A stretch of DNA of 64,000 nucleotides from Leidyana gryllorum EB-2025a (lineage: Eukaryota > Protista > Apicomplexa): assembly GCA_048772705.1 (NCBI GenBank), contig JBLWGC010000051.1, forward strand, positions 124,001-188,000, in the 5' to 3' direction. Of this stretch, positions 10,697-23,638 are shown piece after piece. Within the stretch, counting starts at the first letter, position 1; every line of letters starts with the position of its first letter. A model generated the notes under the pieces. The model saw only the letters and a list, made by a program, of their open reading frames with translations, was not told the DNA's origin and ran no database searches. The position numbers and the translations under genes were made by a program.

Positions 10697-11838
10697 ATGG
10701 CGAAGGTGTCTAAGGGGAAGACAGATGGTGGAGGTATGGCCAAGAAGTCCTCACCGAAGGTGGCACGCAACAAGAAGAAGGCTGCAGCGAGCAGCGCGAA
10801 GGCTGGGATCAAGGCTGAACGGCGGGAGCACTATGAGAGGATGAAGCTTCCCAAAATGACGTTGGACGTCAAACGCTCGTTGAACTTGGAGGCGATGGAG
10901 AGGCAGGCACGGGAGCTGAAGGGCACGCGTCGATCGATGATGATGGCACGTGTTCATTTCGAGAAGAAGCGGAGGAAGAGTGAGCGCCGACGCGAGCGGA
11001 AAGCGGCGGAGGAACGTGGCGAAGAAGTGGTGCGTCAGACTCCTTTGACAATTGAGTCTATGCGAGAGGAGGATGAGACGATTGTCAAGGAGGATGATTC
11101 AGAGTTTCTGGATGGTTTGGCGGTGGACGAATATGCAGACTATTTCAGCGGAGCAGTGACTCCCAAGTTGTTGATCACAACTGGGAAGGAACGGCCCAGC
11201 AAGAAGCTTGTGACCCTATTGAAGGAATTCCTCTGCGTGTTCCCAAACAGCATATATTACAAGAGGAAGGACTTTGAGATGAAGGCTATAGTCGAATCGG
11301 CGACTAAAAAGGGTTTCACGGATGTCTTGGTTTTCACTGAGAAGCACAAGAAGCCCCATGGCCTATATATATCACATCTTCCGAAGGGTCCCACTGCATA
11401 CTACAGATTTTCAGGGCTCACGCTAGGGCAGGACATCCATGGCGGAGCTTCAATGACCACGCACCACCCGGAGGTCGTCCTCCGGAACTTCGACACACAA
11501 TTGGGCAAACGCATCGGTCGGCAACTCCACGCATTGTTCCCCAAAGTGAGTTCACAAATTCGGCGTCACAGTGGTCATATCCGTTCTCTTTTCAGCAAAG
11601 CGAGTTTCTTGGTCGTCGGGTTGTTACCTTTCACAACCAGAGAGACTATATTTTCTTCAGACATTATCGTTATGTGTTTGAAGATGATGGTGAACGAGCC
11701 GAAATCCAGGAGATCGGGCCTCGTTTCACCTTGAAACTCCGCTTCTTGCAAGAAGGCACATTTGATACTTCTGAGGGGAAATTTGAATACTTGTGGAAAC
11801 CTGATATGCAGGTTTCTCGCAAATGCTTCTATGTGTGA
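10697..11838 (+). CDS. RPF1: Ribosome production factor 1 (Brix domain)
   Basis: TIESMRE.DET, PKLLITT, HLPKGPTA, HPEVVLRNF.TQLG. Intron from 11546; exon 2 carries RVVTFHNQRDYIFFRHYRY ... QEIGPRFTL. Confidence 0.92.
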
Positions 11839-11874
11839 CACTTTTTGGTGACAAAATAACCTGCAACCTATTCA

Positions 11875-14800
11875 ATGAGTCGACATTCACATTGGGCTGA
11901 TCGTAAGACTCTTCGGAGTCGTAATAGCGGTACCAAGTTCACGCTGGGATGCTGTGCCATGCCATCCAAAGTATCAAGTCTGCCCATGCGGACCATTCTC
12001 ACCACCTTGATCGAGGTCGGTAACTTTGAATTGGTTCTCTTTACGGAGGATCATTTGATGCGGCGGGATGTGGACGAATGGCCACATGTGGATTGTCTCA
12101 TTGCCTTTCACTCTCGAGGTTATCCCCTTCAGAAAGTGAGGATCTATCAATGATTTGTTTGAATCCTTGGTGGTGTCCAGGTGGTCGAGTATGTGAAGAG
12201 GGCCAAACCGGTAGTATTGAACGACGTCTCGATGCAGTTCATCTTGCGTAATCGCATAGAAGTCATCCAACGCTTGGAAGTGAGCCCAGTGTTCTGACAA
12301 ATACATCAATGGATGATAGAGAGCTGGCATACCCACTCCGCGCCACGTACGAGTGGATCACAACAAGGTGCGAGCAGGGGAGATTGCTTTCGAGGAGTTC
12401 GAAGACTATTTCATCTATGACAACGTAAGAATGGATAAACCGTTCATCGAGAAACCGGAAGATGCCGACGATCACAACAACTATGTGTATTATCCTTCGT
12501 GAGTGTTATCGTTGGTCCATTCTCCCAGTAGCCTCGTTGCGCAGAAATGCCGGTGGGGGATGTAAGAAGCTCTTCCGCAAGTTGCGAAATCGGTCCTCTG
12601 AATACTATGGTGACATCACCAATATCCGACGAGATGGCGTGTACCTGTACGAGGAATTCTTGCCAACTCTGGGAACTGATGTGAAAGTGTACACTGTGGG
12701 ACCTATGTTTGCCCACGCTGAGGCTCGGAAGAGTCCAACGTTGGACGGCCGGGTGCAAAGGACTGAGAATGGCAAGGAGGAACGCTATCCCGTTCTTCTA
12801 TCTGACGAAGAGAAGTGGATTGCCTATACCGTGGTAGAGGTGTTCAAACAAACTGTGTGTGGATTTGACATCTTACGGACGACCACCGGAAAGGCGGTGG
12901 TCTGTGATGTTAACGGATGGTCCTTTGTGAAGGGCAATAGCAAATACTACATGGACTGTGCCCATATACTGTCCAGTATGTTCCATAATGCACTAAGGCG
13001 CCGACGATGCAGTGGCAGCCTTTGCCGAACTCCCAGCGGCCGAAAAATGCCCTCTTGTATATTGGACGAGATTGCTCGGGACGATTGGGCGTATGGTGCT
13101 CCTCCCAGCAATAGCGGAGCCCAGAATGTGTCAGATCTCGACTCGAATGGCAGTTTGGACGACGATCAGAACCCTAACGGGGATGAGTTGCAGACCATAG
13201 TCGTCGTAATGCGTCATGGTGATCGGTCTCCAAAGCAGAAAATGAAGTTTTTGACCAAATCGCTAGCTATACGCGAACTATATTGGAGTCGTCAGACAAC
13301 CCAACCCAATCTGACGCCCAGAACACCGCTCAAAGTTGTCAAGTTTCGTACATCGCAAGATTTGATATTGTTTCAAAAAGTTAATGAACGTGTGCTCGAG
13401 ACGGATGATTTATCAGATCAAGCGCGCGCAAACCATCTGAAAGTGCATTCGTTGCTGAACACCAAAGAATTTATTGAAATCACTCGTAAAGTTCAGCTGG
13501 TGACACCAAAAGATGCGAAACCTCACATAGCCCCCGACGGCACAGTGACACCTCCCGAGGAGCTGTTGGTGGTCGTTAAATGGGGCGGCGAATTGACGCC
13601 TCTGGGCCTCGAGACATCAGAGCTTCTCGGCCACAGGTTGCGTGAAAGATTATATCCCGGTGACTCAGACGGCCTTCTACGGCTGCACAGTACCTTCCGA
13701 CACGACTTCAAAATCTATACTTCTGATGAAGGGCGGTGTCAGCTGACAGCTGCTTCCTTCACCAAAGGGTTCCTCGACTTGGAGGGCGATCTGCCGCCCA
13801 TTCTGGTGCAAATGGTCAACCGGGACAGTCGCGCTCAGGAATTATTTGAAGAGGGGGAGTATACAAAGACGGTGAAAAGCTGCAAACAGTTCATTCAGCG
13901 CCTGGTCCACATGGACTTGGAACCGTCAGAGTTGTGTACTCAGGTTCTGCAAAAGATCCTGAAAGTGTCGTGTCCTGTGTGTGAGGAACAGGAGCAGGCG
14001 CACATGGAGGTCCGAAATGTGACATACGACAGACGATCTGCGAGCTATATGACTGCAAATAGTCAGCCATTCGATGAGGAAAGGCGTCGAAGCTCCACTG
14101 CAAAAGATTTGAGTGTGGTCAACGTTCTGGGACTGGGTTCTATGCCGTCAAGATACGGTGGCAGTACAGAGAGCGGGACTCCTCGCGGGCGACAAGATGA
14201 CAATAGTATTTATTTACACGCGGCCCCGACCACCACTGTATATTTGAACGCGAAGACAAAGGTTCATCCCCATCCGGGCATTCGGGCGGGTTCCTTTTCC
14301 AGTAATCACGATGTGGGGACCATTGGTGTTAATACGGCAGCGAGCGCCCCCGCGACTGCCGCAAGCCATAAGAGCGTGGGCCACTCGGAGTCGAACACTC
14401 GGATGAGTCTAAGTCCGAGCAGTACATCGGTATCTCGACAACTTATGGCCGAATATCACAAAGCTTTAATTGAAATTGGACCCATCTGGACACGTTGTCA
14501 GATCGTCCACGACGCGATTACTCAATTAGTGACCAAACTGGAGCTGTGTTTGGCGGAAATGCGGGAGGACCCGGCATCGAGTGGTAATACAGCTGCGATG
14601 ACGAGTCGGTCTCACGCGAGCTCGGCGGGTGGCTGGATGCACACCAACTCGAACATGTCTTTCACATTACCGGGCCCCTCTCTGACGGGAGTGGTGCTGC
14701 GGCCGATTAGTGCTGACACTGGGCTTCTGCCCATTGGATCGTCCAACACCCCCCTGCCGAACAGTGCGTCTGCGCCATACGCAGCCACGCCTTCGAGTCG

Positions 14801-16234
14801 AGGAACAGCAGAAGACGAGTCGGCGCGGATACCGCCGGCTGTGATGCACAAGCGAATTAACAGTATCTATATGCGGTGGAAAGCCCTGGACATGGCTTGG
14901 TGGCGAGAGGCAAAGGTGCAACCTGTTGATGCCACAAAGATCCCAGAGGTGTATGATAATGCACGGTATGACACGCTGCACAATCAAGTTTACTTACGTC
15001 GAGCGGGGTGCATGGAGGACATCAACACTATCCATGCGAATATCGAGAAGTTGGGACCTTTCGTATTTGCGCTTGAGTTTGGGATCACTCCGGATGAGAA
15101 AGTAGAGATTGGTAGCAAGACTGTCCCGAAATTGATCAAGAAGATCGCCGACGATCTGATCTTCCAACACAAGCGTAGTATGGAAGACGATGCAGTCAGT
15201 TGGGGCGGCGGGATGCGGCCACTGTCAGCTCTTTCTAAGAACACGCCAGTCCTCACTCATCCTAGCCCAAACAACTTCCCGGGGAATCGGTCCGAAACTG
15301 CCTCCCAAGAGGGTGGTCTGCCCAGTCCTGAGGTCGATAGGAAACTCCCCGATACCCCGAGCGACCAGAGTATCGATGAGAATCAGCGTACCGCCCGGCC
15401 TGTAGCTGTGTCGAGCCACAACGACTTTGACGAAGATCGAGATCACATCATCCTCAAACAAGAAGAAGCCCGCAGAATGGGCATCAAGAGCCCCTGGCGG
15501 AAGGTGCGGAGCCGTTATTATGCAGCGAGCGCTTCACATGTGACGGTAAGCTTCAACATTCCTAGACCACCCCCCAATTTGCTCACTTTCACTTTGACTG
15601 ACAGTCCCTCTTGAACGTGTTGACCTATGCGGAGGCTATCAAAAAGCGGTCAAGAATACCGCCTCCAGCGGCCTCTGATGGCGAGGAGTCGTCTGGGGTG
15701 TCGCATCAGCAGTGAGTGAGCTAACTGAGCTGGGAGGGACATCCAAGTTGCAGGTTCAACGCATTCAGAGATGCCAGCGAAGATTCAACCAAAATGAGTA
15801 CGAGAACACCGCCAGTTATTGGATCCGTGGGAGTGGAGGTCGACGAAAGTCCTCTAAGCTTGGCTAGCATGGGTGTCACCCAACCAATTCGACCACCCTT
15901 ATATGTTTCTGCTTCAGATACCCCGTATTTGTCCCACCTGGTGATCAGGGTGTGGCGTCCTGCTGGCCGTCAGCCTTCTTTGAGCCTCAACGACATGAAA
16001 GTAGAACTGAGCTGGAACAAAGGTGAGTGTGTGTTGGGCAGCGCACTGCACTTTTGATTCACAGTGGTAGATCGGGAACCCAGTGGGGTGGCTACGATGA
16101 CCTGCACTGTTGCGGAAATGTATCGTTTGCTGAAATCTTGTGTGGATGAAAGTTCAAGTGGGGCTTCCATAGCCAGTGGGACTACGCAACCCTCGTGCAT
16201 CCCTACCCTCCCAACCTCAGAAAGTGCGACATAA
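11875..16234 (+). CDS. VIP1: Inositol hexakisphosphate/diphosphoinositol-pentakisphosphate kinase (PPIP5K/Vip1)
   Basis: ATP-grasp kinase motifs (DCLIAFHSRGYPL, TDVKVYTVG, AHAEARKSP, DVNGWSFVK) and histidine-phosphatase motifs RHGDR, KWGGELT, LRLHSTFRHD. Multiple short introns. Confidence 0.93.
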
Positions 16235-16295
16235 AAATAGATACTTTTGCACACCTACACTCACTTGTGGTTCTCCTTCTTCTTCATTGACTGTA

Positions 16296-19200
16296 ATGAC
16301 TTTGTCAACCAATGTCGCTTCCAAGCGTCTTATCCTACCCGCCGCCCGTGTACCCCTCCTTCCTGTGAGATGTATAGCGAATGCCCAGCCGTCAACAGGG
16401 CAACCCGGTCCCTCGGTACCCCAGCCCCCACCCCATATAGTTGAGGAAAGATTCAAGAATGAAAGCTATGACACTGTCAAATCGATGTTGGCACAGTGGA
16501 AGAAAGATCCCAGTGCTGTACATTCTTCATGGGCCGAGTGCTTCAGACAACTTGAGAACGTCGCTGCCGTTGATTCGTACGATATTGACCATCTCACGGA
16601 AGCCTATCAAGCGCTCGCCTCGTCTCACAGTAGCGGTACAGTACCTAAAGGGTCTAATAATACATCGTCGTCACCTGCTGGCCCATCGAGTCCGACAACT
16701 CAACAACCTCATGCGCGTCACGGTTTTGAGGACTTCAAAGAAAGTGCCCGTATTCTCAATATGGTCAAAGCGTTCCAAGCTCGAGGCCACCTGATCGCCG
16801 ATATCGATCCCCTTGAATTGCCCAGAGTACTACCCTTCGTCAGCCACGCCCGCTTCCGTGAACAACAACGTTTCGGAGAGGACTTCACTTTACGCAAGTT
16901 CGGCTTCTCCGAAGCTGAGGAAGAGCGACTAGTCACCCTCAAGATCCCCGCTCGCACTGGATTCCTGGGCCATTGGAGCCTCGATGAAGATGAAAGGCTG
17001 AGCAATCTGGCGGGGAAGTATGTCGCCGATCTGCCTTCCGACTACGAGGCTCTCAAGCCTCTCTCTATCAAGCAACTTTTTAAGCGCCTAGAAGAGACGT
17101 ATTGCGGGAGCATTGGTTTGGAGTATATTCATATGACTGATACGGATCGGGTAAACTTCTTGCGCAATTTGTTCGAAACCCCGCGAAAGTACTCATATTC
17201 CACTGAAATGAAACGTAAGATCCTTAACAGAACTGTCAAGGCCGTCCTTTTTGAGACCTTTGCGGCCGCAAAGTTCGCTACAATGAAACGCTTCGGTTTG
17301 GATGGTTGCGAATCAATGATTGTCGGAATGAAATCATTAACCAAATTGGCTACGCTCCTGGGTGTCGAGTCTATTATCATTGGTATGGCTCACCGCGGCC
17401 GTCTCAACACCCTACATAACATCATGAACAAACCTGCATATCAAGTCTTCAGTGAATTCAGTGGTAACTTGTCCTTTGGAGGCTATGACTGGGGTAACCT
17501 CGGTGATGTCAAATACCACATGGGTGTGGAATATGAGTACGTCGATAATGATCATAACAAACACGTCCTCATGTCTGTCCTGCCCAACCCGAGCCACCTC
17601 GAAGCCGTCGATCCCGTCGTCCTGGGTACCACACGCGCCCGTCAAACCTTCAAGGGTGATAAGGATGGCAGCCGAGTGCTACCTGTCCTCATACACGGTG
17701 ACGCTTCTGTCAGCGGCCAAGGAGTGGTCTACGAAACTGTTCAAATGAGCGACGTCCCCGCCTACAAAGTCGGTGGAACCATTCACATCGTCATCAACAA
17801 TCAAATTGGCTTCACCACCAACACGTGTGACTCGGGTAGTGGTCTCTACTGTACTGACTTGGCCAAAGCCATCAATGCGCCGATCCTTCACGTCAACGCA
17901 GACGACCCGGAAGCCGTCACCTATGTTATGGAGGCTGCTGTCAAGTACCGTCAGAAATTTAAGAGCGACATCTTTGTTGATCTGGTTGGCTACCGCCGAT
18001 TCGGCCACAATGAACTCGACATGCCCAAGTTCACTCAACCTCGGATGTACGATAAGATCAGCAAACACCCAAATGTCCTCGAGATATATGGCAAGAAGCT
18101 CGTCGCCGAGAAGGTAATTACGGAAAAAGACCTCTCCTCTATGTGCAACGAAGTGCTCGCGGATTACGAGGCAGCCTACAAGAAGGGAAAGAGCTTCAAA
18201 CCTAGCAAGACTCTCCGTCCTTTCTCACCACAATGGCACGGAATGGCTGCTCCCGACCAAATCTGTGCGCCAAGATTGACAGGTCTGCCAGAAGAAACTG
18301 TAAAGAACATTGGCCGAGCTATTTCCACCATTCCGTCCCACATAGAGCCTCACCCAACCATCGCACGCATCTACAAGGCTCGTCTTGATGCCATCGATCA
18401 TGGGGACATGATTGACTACGGTCTGGCCGAAGCCTTGGCGTTCGGCAGTCTACTTCGGGATGGATATCATGTTCGAATCGCTGGCCAGGATGCGCAACGT
18501 GGCACATTTAGCCATCGACATGCTGCCATACATGATCAAAAGACCGGACGCAAGTTCTTCCCACTGGCCGAGTTCGCCAAACAGAGACACTACCGCCATG
18601 GAATCGAAATCTATAACAGCACTCTAAGTGAATATGCTTGTATGGGATTCGAGTACGGATGGAGTCTGGAGAATCCGAACTCTCTCAATGTCTGGGAAGC
18701 CCAGTTTGGAGACTTTGCGAATGGCGCTCAAATCATCATTGACCAATTCATTGCGAGTGGCGAAGTGAAGTGGCTGCATCCGAGTGGTTTGGTCCTGTTG
18801 CTTCCCCACGGCTATGATGGCCAAGGACCAGAGCACAGCAGTGCGCGTATGGAACGTTTCTTGAGCCTTGCCGATGATCGCGAAGATGTAATCCACCCCG
18901 AGTTCTGGAATGTAAAACATCGCAGTGTTATCCAGAAACACAACATGCAGGTTGTAAACTGCTCAACGGCAGCAAACTTCTTCCACGTGCTGAGACGTCA
19001 AATGCATCGCGGTTTCCGCAAGCCTTTGGTTGTCTTCAGTCCGAAGAAGCTGCTCCGTCTGCGTGAGAGTATGAGTCCCATCAGCGAGTTCACGGACGGT
19101 ACCCGATTCCAAAGGTTCATTGCCGATCCGCTTGTGGAACCCATTCCATCTCAAGTGGCATCGAACGTGACCCAACCTGGAACTGGGACTTCACAGAAGC

Positions 19201-19722
19201 TCAAGAAAGTTCCTCGATCTGGAATCAAACGTTTGGTGGCTTGCAGTGGACAAGTGTACTATGATTTGGTCAAGCAGCGCGCGGCTGACAAGCTCGAAGA
19301 CAAGGTCGCCATTGTCAGGATTGAACAATTGAGCCCCTTCCCACTCGATGCTCTCGCTGACCAAATCAAGACATTGCCCGATCTCCAATCGGTGGTATGG
19401 TGCCAAGAAGAGCCGATGAACCAGGGCGCGTGGACCTATGTGTCACGTCGGATTGATGCCGTGTTGAACCATTGTCAGCAACCCAATGGCATATCCAAGG
19501 TATGTTTGTCTTTAACAAATCAAAAAGACCTCATTCACTTTCAACCATTTCTCATTCACATGAACTATATCTTATTCCCAGGTGATATACGCTGGACGTG
19601 ACGTTGCCGCGTCGCCGGCTGTGGGCGATCCGCGCCTCCATATGGAAGAATTGTCACGGCTGTGCAAAGACGCCATAGATCTGAACAATATGCAGAACAG
19701 CTATCTAGAGAAATATCTATGA
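16296..19722 (+). CDS. OGDH: 2-oxoglutarate dehydrogenase E1, mitochondrial
   Basis: Mitochondrial-type presequence; GMAHRGRLN, GDVKYH, NPSHLE, HGDA, WEAQFGDF, GPEHSSAR, QEEPMNQG. Intron 19500-19581; last exon VIYAGRDVAASPAVG. Confidence 0.97.
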
Positions 19723-22334
19723 GGATGTGAAAGAATCGCGGAGGGTACAGAATTCCTCCCACATCAATTCGCCCAGGATGGAAGTGGACGCCAGCAGATC
19801 GCGACGAGTAAACACGTTGCGCTCGCTATCCCGATACATATTTAAGACTTCGCTTTCATCCATCACCACCAACAATTGAATGTCACCACCGTATGTTAGC
19901 AGCTTCACTCCTGTTCCCACTGGACCTCGAGTGGGAGGCCAACTCTGCAAAGACAAGATGGGGTGTCCTCCCAAACTTTGACGAGTCGCAGGTCCCACGA
20001 CATTGGTGAAAAATAGCTGCACAGACTTGAGGACGGCAACCTTCTGCACTCACCTGGAGTTTCCGATTGACCTCTGTGGTGAGGTACTTGGAGATCCAGT
20101 CAGGGCAAACGCTAAATATGAAACACTGCACACTGAAGAACATAGCGCGGGCATGGACTCTCTTCAACCAGTTTATCTCTCCTTTCACTGCGAACAGATT
20201 CCGCACAGCAACCTCGGCGCTACTGTAATTCTTCCGACCTTCTCTCTCCATTTGCAGCCGGGTGGCACTGGGGGTCGGGAGTCGTGTCACCACAAAGCTC
20301 GTGAAGTTATCCAAATCAGTGGGAGGCCCCGTACGTATGGTCATGGGTATCATCAGACTGACATAGTTTTCGAACTCCAAACCGAACCTGTCAGTCAACG
20401 TGTTCATCATCGAACTAATGTCCCCTTCCTTCTTACCTGTGGTAGAAAGCTGTGCTAAACTTGCTGCTGCAGCTCCCGGGAGACGTCTTGCTGCCGCCAG
20501 ATTTCGCCACCACTTCCTCCTGGCTTGCCAAAGCCTCATCGAAACTCTCTTTGCGACTGGGGGCAGTGGTGGAAGTGGTTCGTGGGGTGCCGCAGGAGAA
20601 CAGTGAGGGTTGGGAGACTTTGAAACTGGTGGACTGACGAGATCTTCCCAAAGCTCGGTGCCGCAAGCGGTCACAAGCAACAGCTAAACAATGACAGAAA
20701 ATGTCGTTGATGGTTGGGCGAACTCCTGTGGCGTCCTGTAGTCCTCGCACAATCCTGCGGACCTCATGAACCTTGAAGACCAACGGAGGAGCAAAGTACT
20801 TTCGCCCGCGAGCAGGTGATCTAGCTGTCAAACCCTTGCCTTCTGGTGGTTGTATCAAAGTCGGCGGTTCAGGTGCCCAAAATAGCCAGAAAACCATTGG
20901 ACCCATAGCGTACCAAATGCTGCGCAGCGCATGGAATGTGTAGAAGAATGCACTCTGCAGCGGGGTCGCGGCTTTATGTTCGAGCGACTGGCCCAGCTGA
21001 GCTTCATCGGCTGCAAAAGATTGGATCATTCGAACACCCATACAGGAATTCTCTACGCCGTCAAACAGCCCATGAACCAAACTCCAAGGTACTGCGACAC
21101 CGTCACCCAGCGAGTGGTGAACCACTGCCACAACAAAGGTCACGCTGCGGGCAGGTAGTACACTGGCTTCCTCGTTGTCATTCGTAGACGTTGGAGTGTC
21201 AGCAGGACCGGGCTCCTTCACCCTGACCACCAGATCCTCGTTCATAGGCTGAAGCAATACAAACTTCCAAAGCGGCTTGTCTCGCGGAAGACAGCTAGAA
21301 CCAATGTCGGATACCGCCTCGTACAGCGATACTTTCTGAAGATCTATGTCCATCTCGACCACCTGATCTTCTACCGAAAAAACCTGTCCGTGGAGCCCTT
21401 CGACCAGCGGTAAGGGTCGCCAGCAGGCTTGCCCATGCCTATAATCTGTGACAGATCGCAACTTCCGATACCGAGACACCCATCGATCCATAACCAACTG
21501 ACGCATTTCACTTGCACTAATGCGATGTATTGCAGCCATCAACACTATCTGACATGGATTATCGGCAGAGTCCTGTAAGTAAGCCATATCATAGGCGGCG
21601 ATGGGAAAAGGAGGTGGAATAGAGTGTAGATACTGCCGGAACTTCTGGTCCAATTCTGACTTGTCACGATGCGCCCAAAATAGTTGCGAGGAGGCCCAGC
21701 GTTCAATATATATGGCCTGCCACACCCGTATCAGGAGACTGAATAGATAATCCACCCAAGGGTACCGATATCTCCAACGGAACTCCGCCGTCGAAGATTT
21801 TGCCGTCTCCCCCATCGTACCAGGCCCGCTGACAGCCGTCGACCGGTTTGAAATGGGACTTCTGTTGGTCGGAGTTGTAGGACTGGAAGTCGAAGTTGGC
21901 CAGTCGATTGCATCATGAACTTCCGTCCACCGTCGCTGATGCCAGTGGTAATCCAGAAAGCTGTCCACCATCGTTCTCCACCAAAATAGACCGAGAGACG
22001 TGAAGTTGTACACAGCCCCTGCAGACAGCGCTAGGACTAGTACTACCAATATACTCGTCATTGAAATATGGAGCCAGTAGTAGACAGCGAGTATACCAAA
22101 TCCCACCAGCGACTTTCGCCGTTGCAAACTCTGCCCAAACTGTGGCCAAAGCCCTGTGGAGGAAGACGTTGAAGCTAAGAGAAGAGACAGCCGGTTCAAA
22201 GGCTGAGCCAACAAGCCCCTTATCATGCCCCAGAAACCCCGTCGAGCATCCCATGTCCGTGCCGACGGTATCTCCGATACTTGGGTGACGGATGTCCATC
22301 TTGATTCCCATTCATCGGGAGTGAAGGCCAACAT
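19717..22334 (-). CDS. WS/DGAT-like membrane protein, paralogue 2 (2 introns)
   Basis: Canonical HHSLGDG, KPLWKF, RPTINDIF and C-terminal FTNVVGP. Introns at ~20436-20388 and ~20053-20018 join the three ORF-track fragments. Confidence 0.85.
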
Positions 22335-22417
22335 TTGGCCGAGCTAGCCCTGCACTCGCAACCCAACCAGTACCGTTTTCGTGTGCGCACACACGGAAGA
22401 ACGCACCCGGCTCGATC

Positions 22418-22962
22418 ATGGCGGATACCGAAAAGGAATTCTTCCGCGAAGCGATGGAATACGGTTGGGGGGTAAAGAGTAAGTTTCACTCACGCCGGTC
22501 GGATTTCCGCCAGCCGGCTCAAATCTTGGCGCTGTTCTTAGGTCTGCGGGGTATAAGTGCAGCGACACAGAGGCAGCTGAAATAGCAGGCAAATGCAAAA
22601 TAGAACCGAAGGGTAATCGCTTCAACTGCACCGGAGATACTCTCTCGCTTTACAGATGAATTGACACCCGACAAAGTAGCCGAAGCGGCTGCTATGGTGC
22701 CTAAGGCAAATCAAGCCGAGCCTCAGTTTACCGAGGCCTTCAAGCCCTTCGACAAGCACAATGACGGTAAGGTCTATTACCAGCCTTGCTGACAAACAAC
22801 ACTCCAGGTACCATCACCTGCACGGATTTGCGAGCGGTATTAGGCAATATGGCCGCCCTGAAGCAAGATGAGTTGGACCAGATTATCGAGGAGCTCGATC
22901 CCGAGGATGTGGGAAGGGTCTACATAGAAGACATCAAGGCTCTTTTCGCCTCAAAAGTGTGA
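22418..22962 (+). CDS. Calmodulin-family EF-hand protein, myosin essential-light-chain-like (4 exons; missed by ORF track)
   Basis: Spliced product MADTEKEFFREAMEYGWGVKTGSNLGAVLRSAG...FTEAFKPFDKHNDGTITCTDLRAVLGNMAALKQDELDQIIEELDPEDVGRVYIEDIKALF; three GT-AG introns. Confidence 0.8.
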
Positions 22963-23043
22963 GCTGGTAGCTTCTTAGTGGAAGATTGGTTCGAACATGG
23001 CTGGGAGTGAGACGCATACAACTTAAAGACCAACGCCTTGTCT

Positions 23044-23578
23044 TCACTGGCACTGCTTGGCGATCTGATCAATCGAAGATTGACCGGTCTTAGAGAGCAC
23101 ACGGATGCTGTTCTTGTTGCTCTGGAGGAGGTTCATCTTCTCAAGCTGCTGGATGCAGTATCTGATGATCTTGCCAGAGGCCTTGCGGTGGTGGGAGGGT
23201 GCGCAACCATTGTTCTGGCGGGATCCGTAGATTTTGCGGAAGCGGCCAACACCAGCATCAGCACGGAAAGCCAAATGACGGATGATGGAAGCTGCGGTTC
23301 GATACGTCTATGCTTTGAACAGGTTGCGGTACTTACCAGCTCTGATATAGAGGTAATCAGGGTCGTAGGGGGTCAGCTCCTTAGCGCAGGAGGTCTTGGC
23401 GTACTCAGCCCACTGACCAAAAAGCAAAGTAAAAGTGTAAGGCACCGCTAAAGCTCACCTTGGGGACCTCGAACTGACCAGATTCCTTCAGGTGCTGAGC
23501 GTACTTTCTGATGAAAGCATCAGCAGGAACGTCCTTCACGCCCAGAACGATTTTGTTGGCCTCAAGCTGCAAGTGCAT
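23044..23578 (-). CDS. RPS19: 40S ribosomal protein S19 (eS19)
   Basis: VKDVPADAFI..YAQHLKESG, ELTPYDPDYLYIRAASI, GVGRFRKIYG, ASGKIIR..IQQLE; two introns. Confidence 0.95.
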
Positions 23579-23638
23579 GGCGTCCACAGCGTTCGAAAAC
23601 TTTATTACAGAGGTGGGCTGAAAAATTTGTTCGTTATG

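Noticed and set aside
20388-20680. Apparent frameshift or pseudogene in WS/DGAT2
   Set aside because: Explained by a canonical GTAAGA..GACAG intron that restores the frame.
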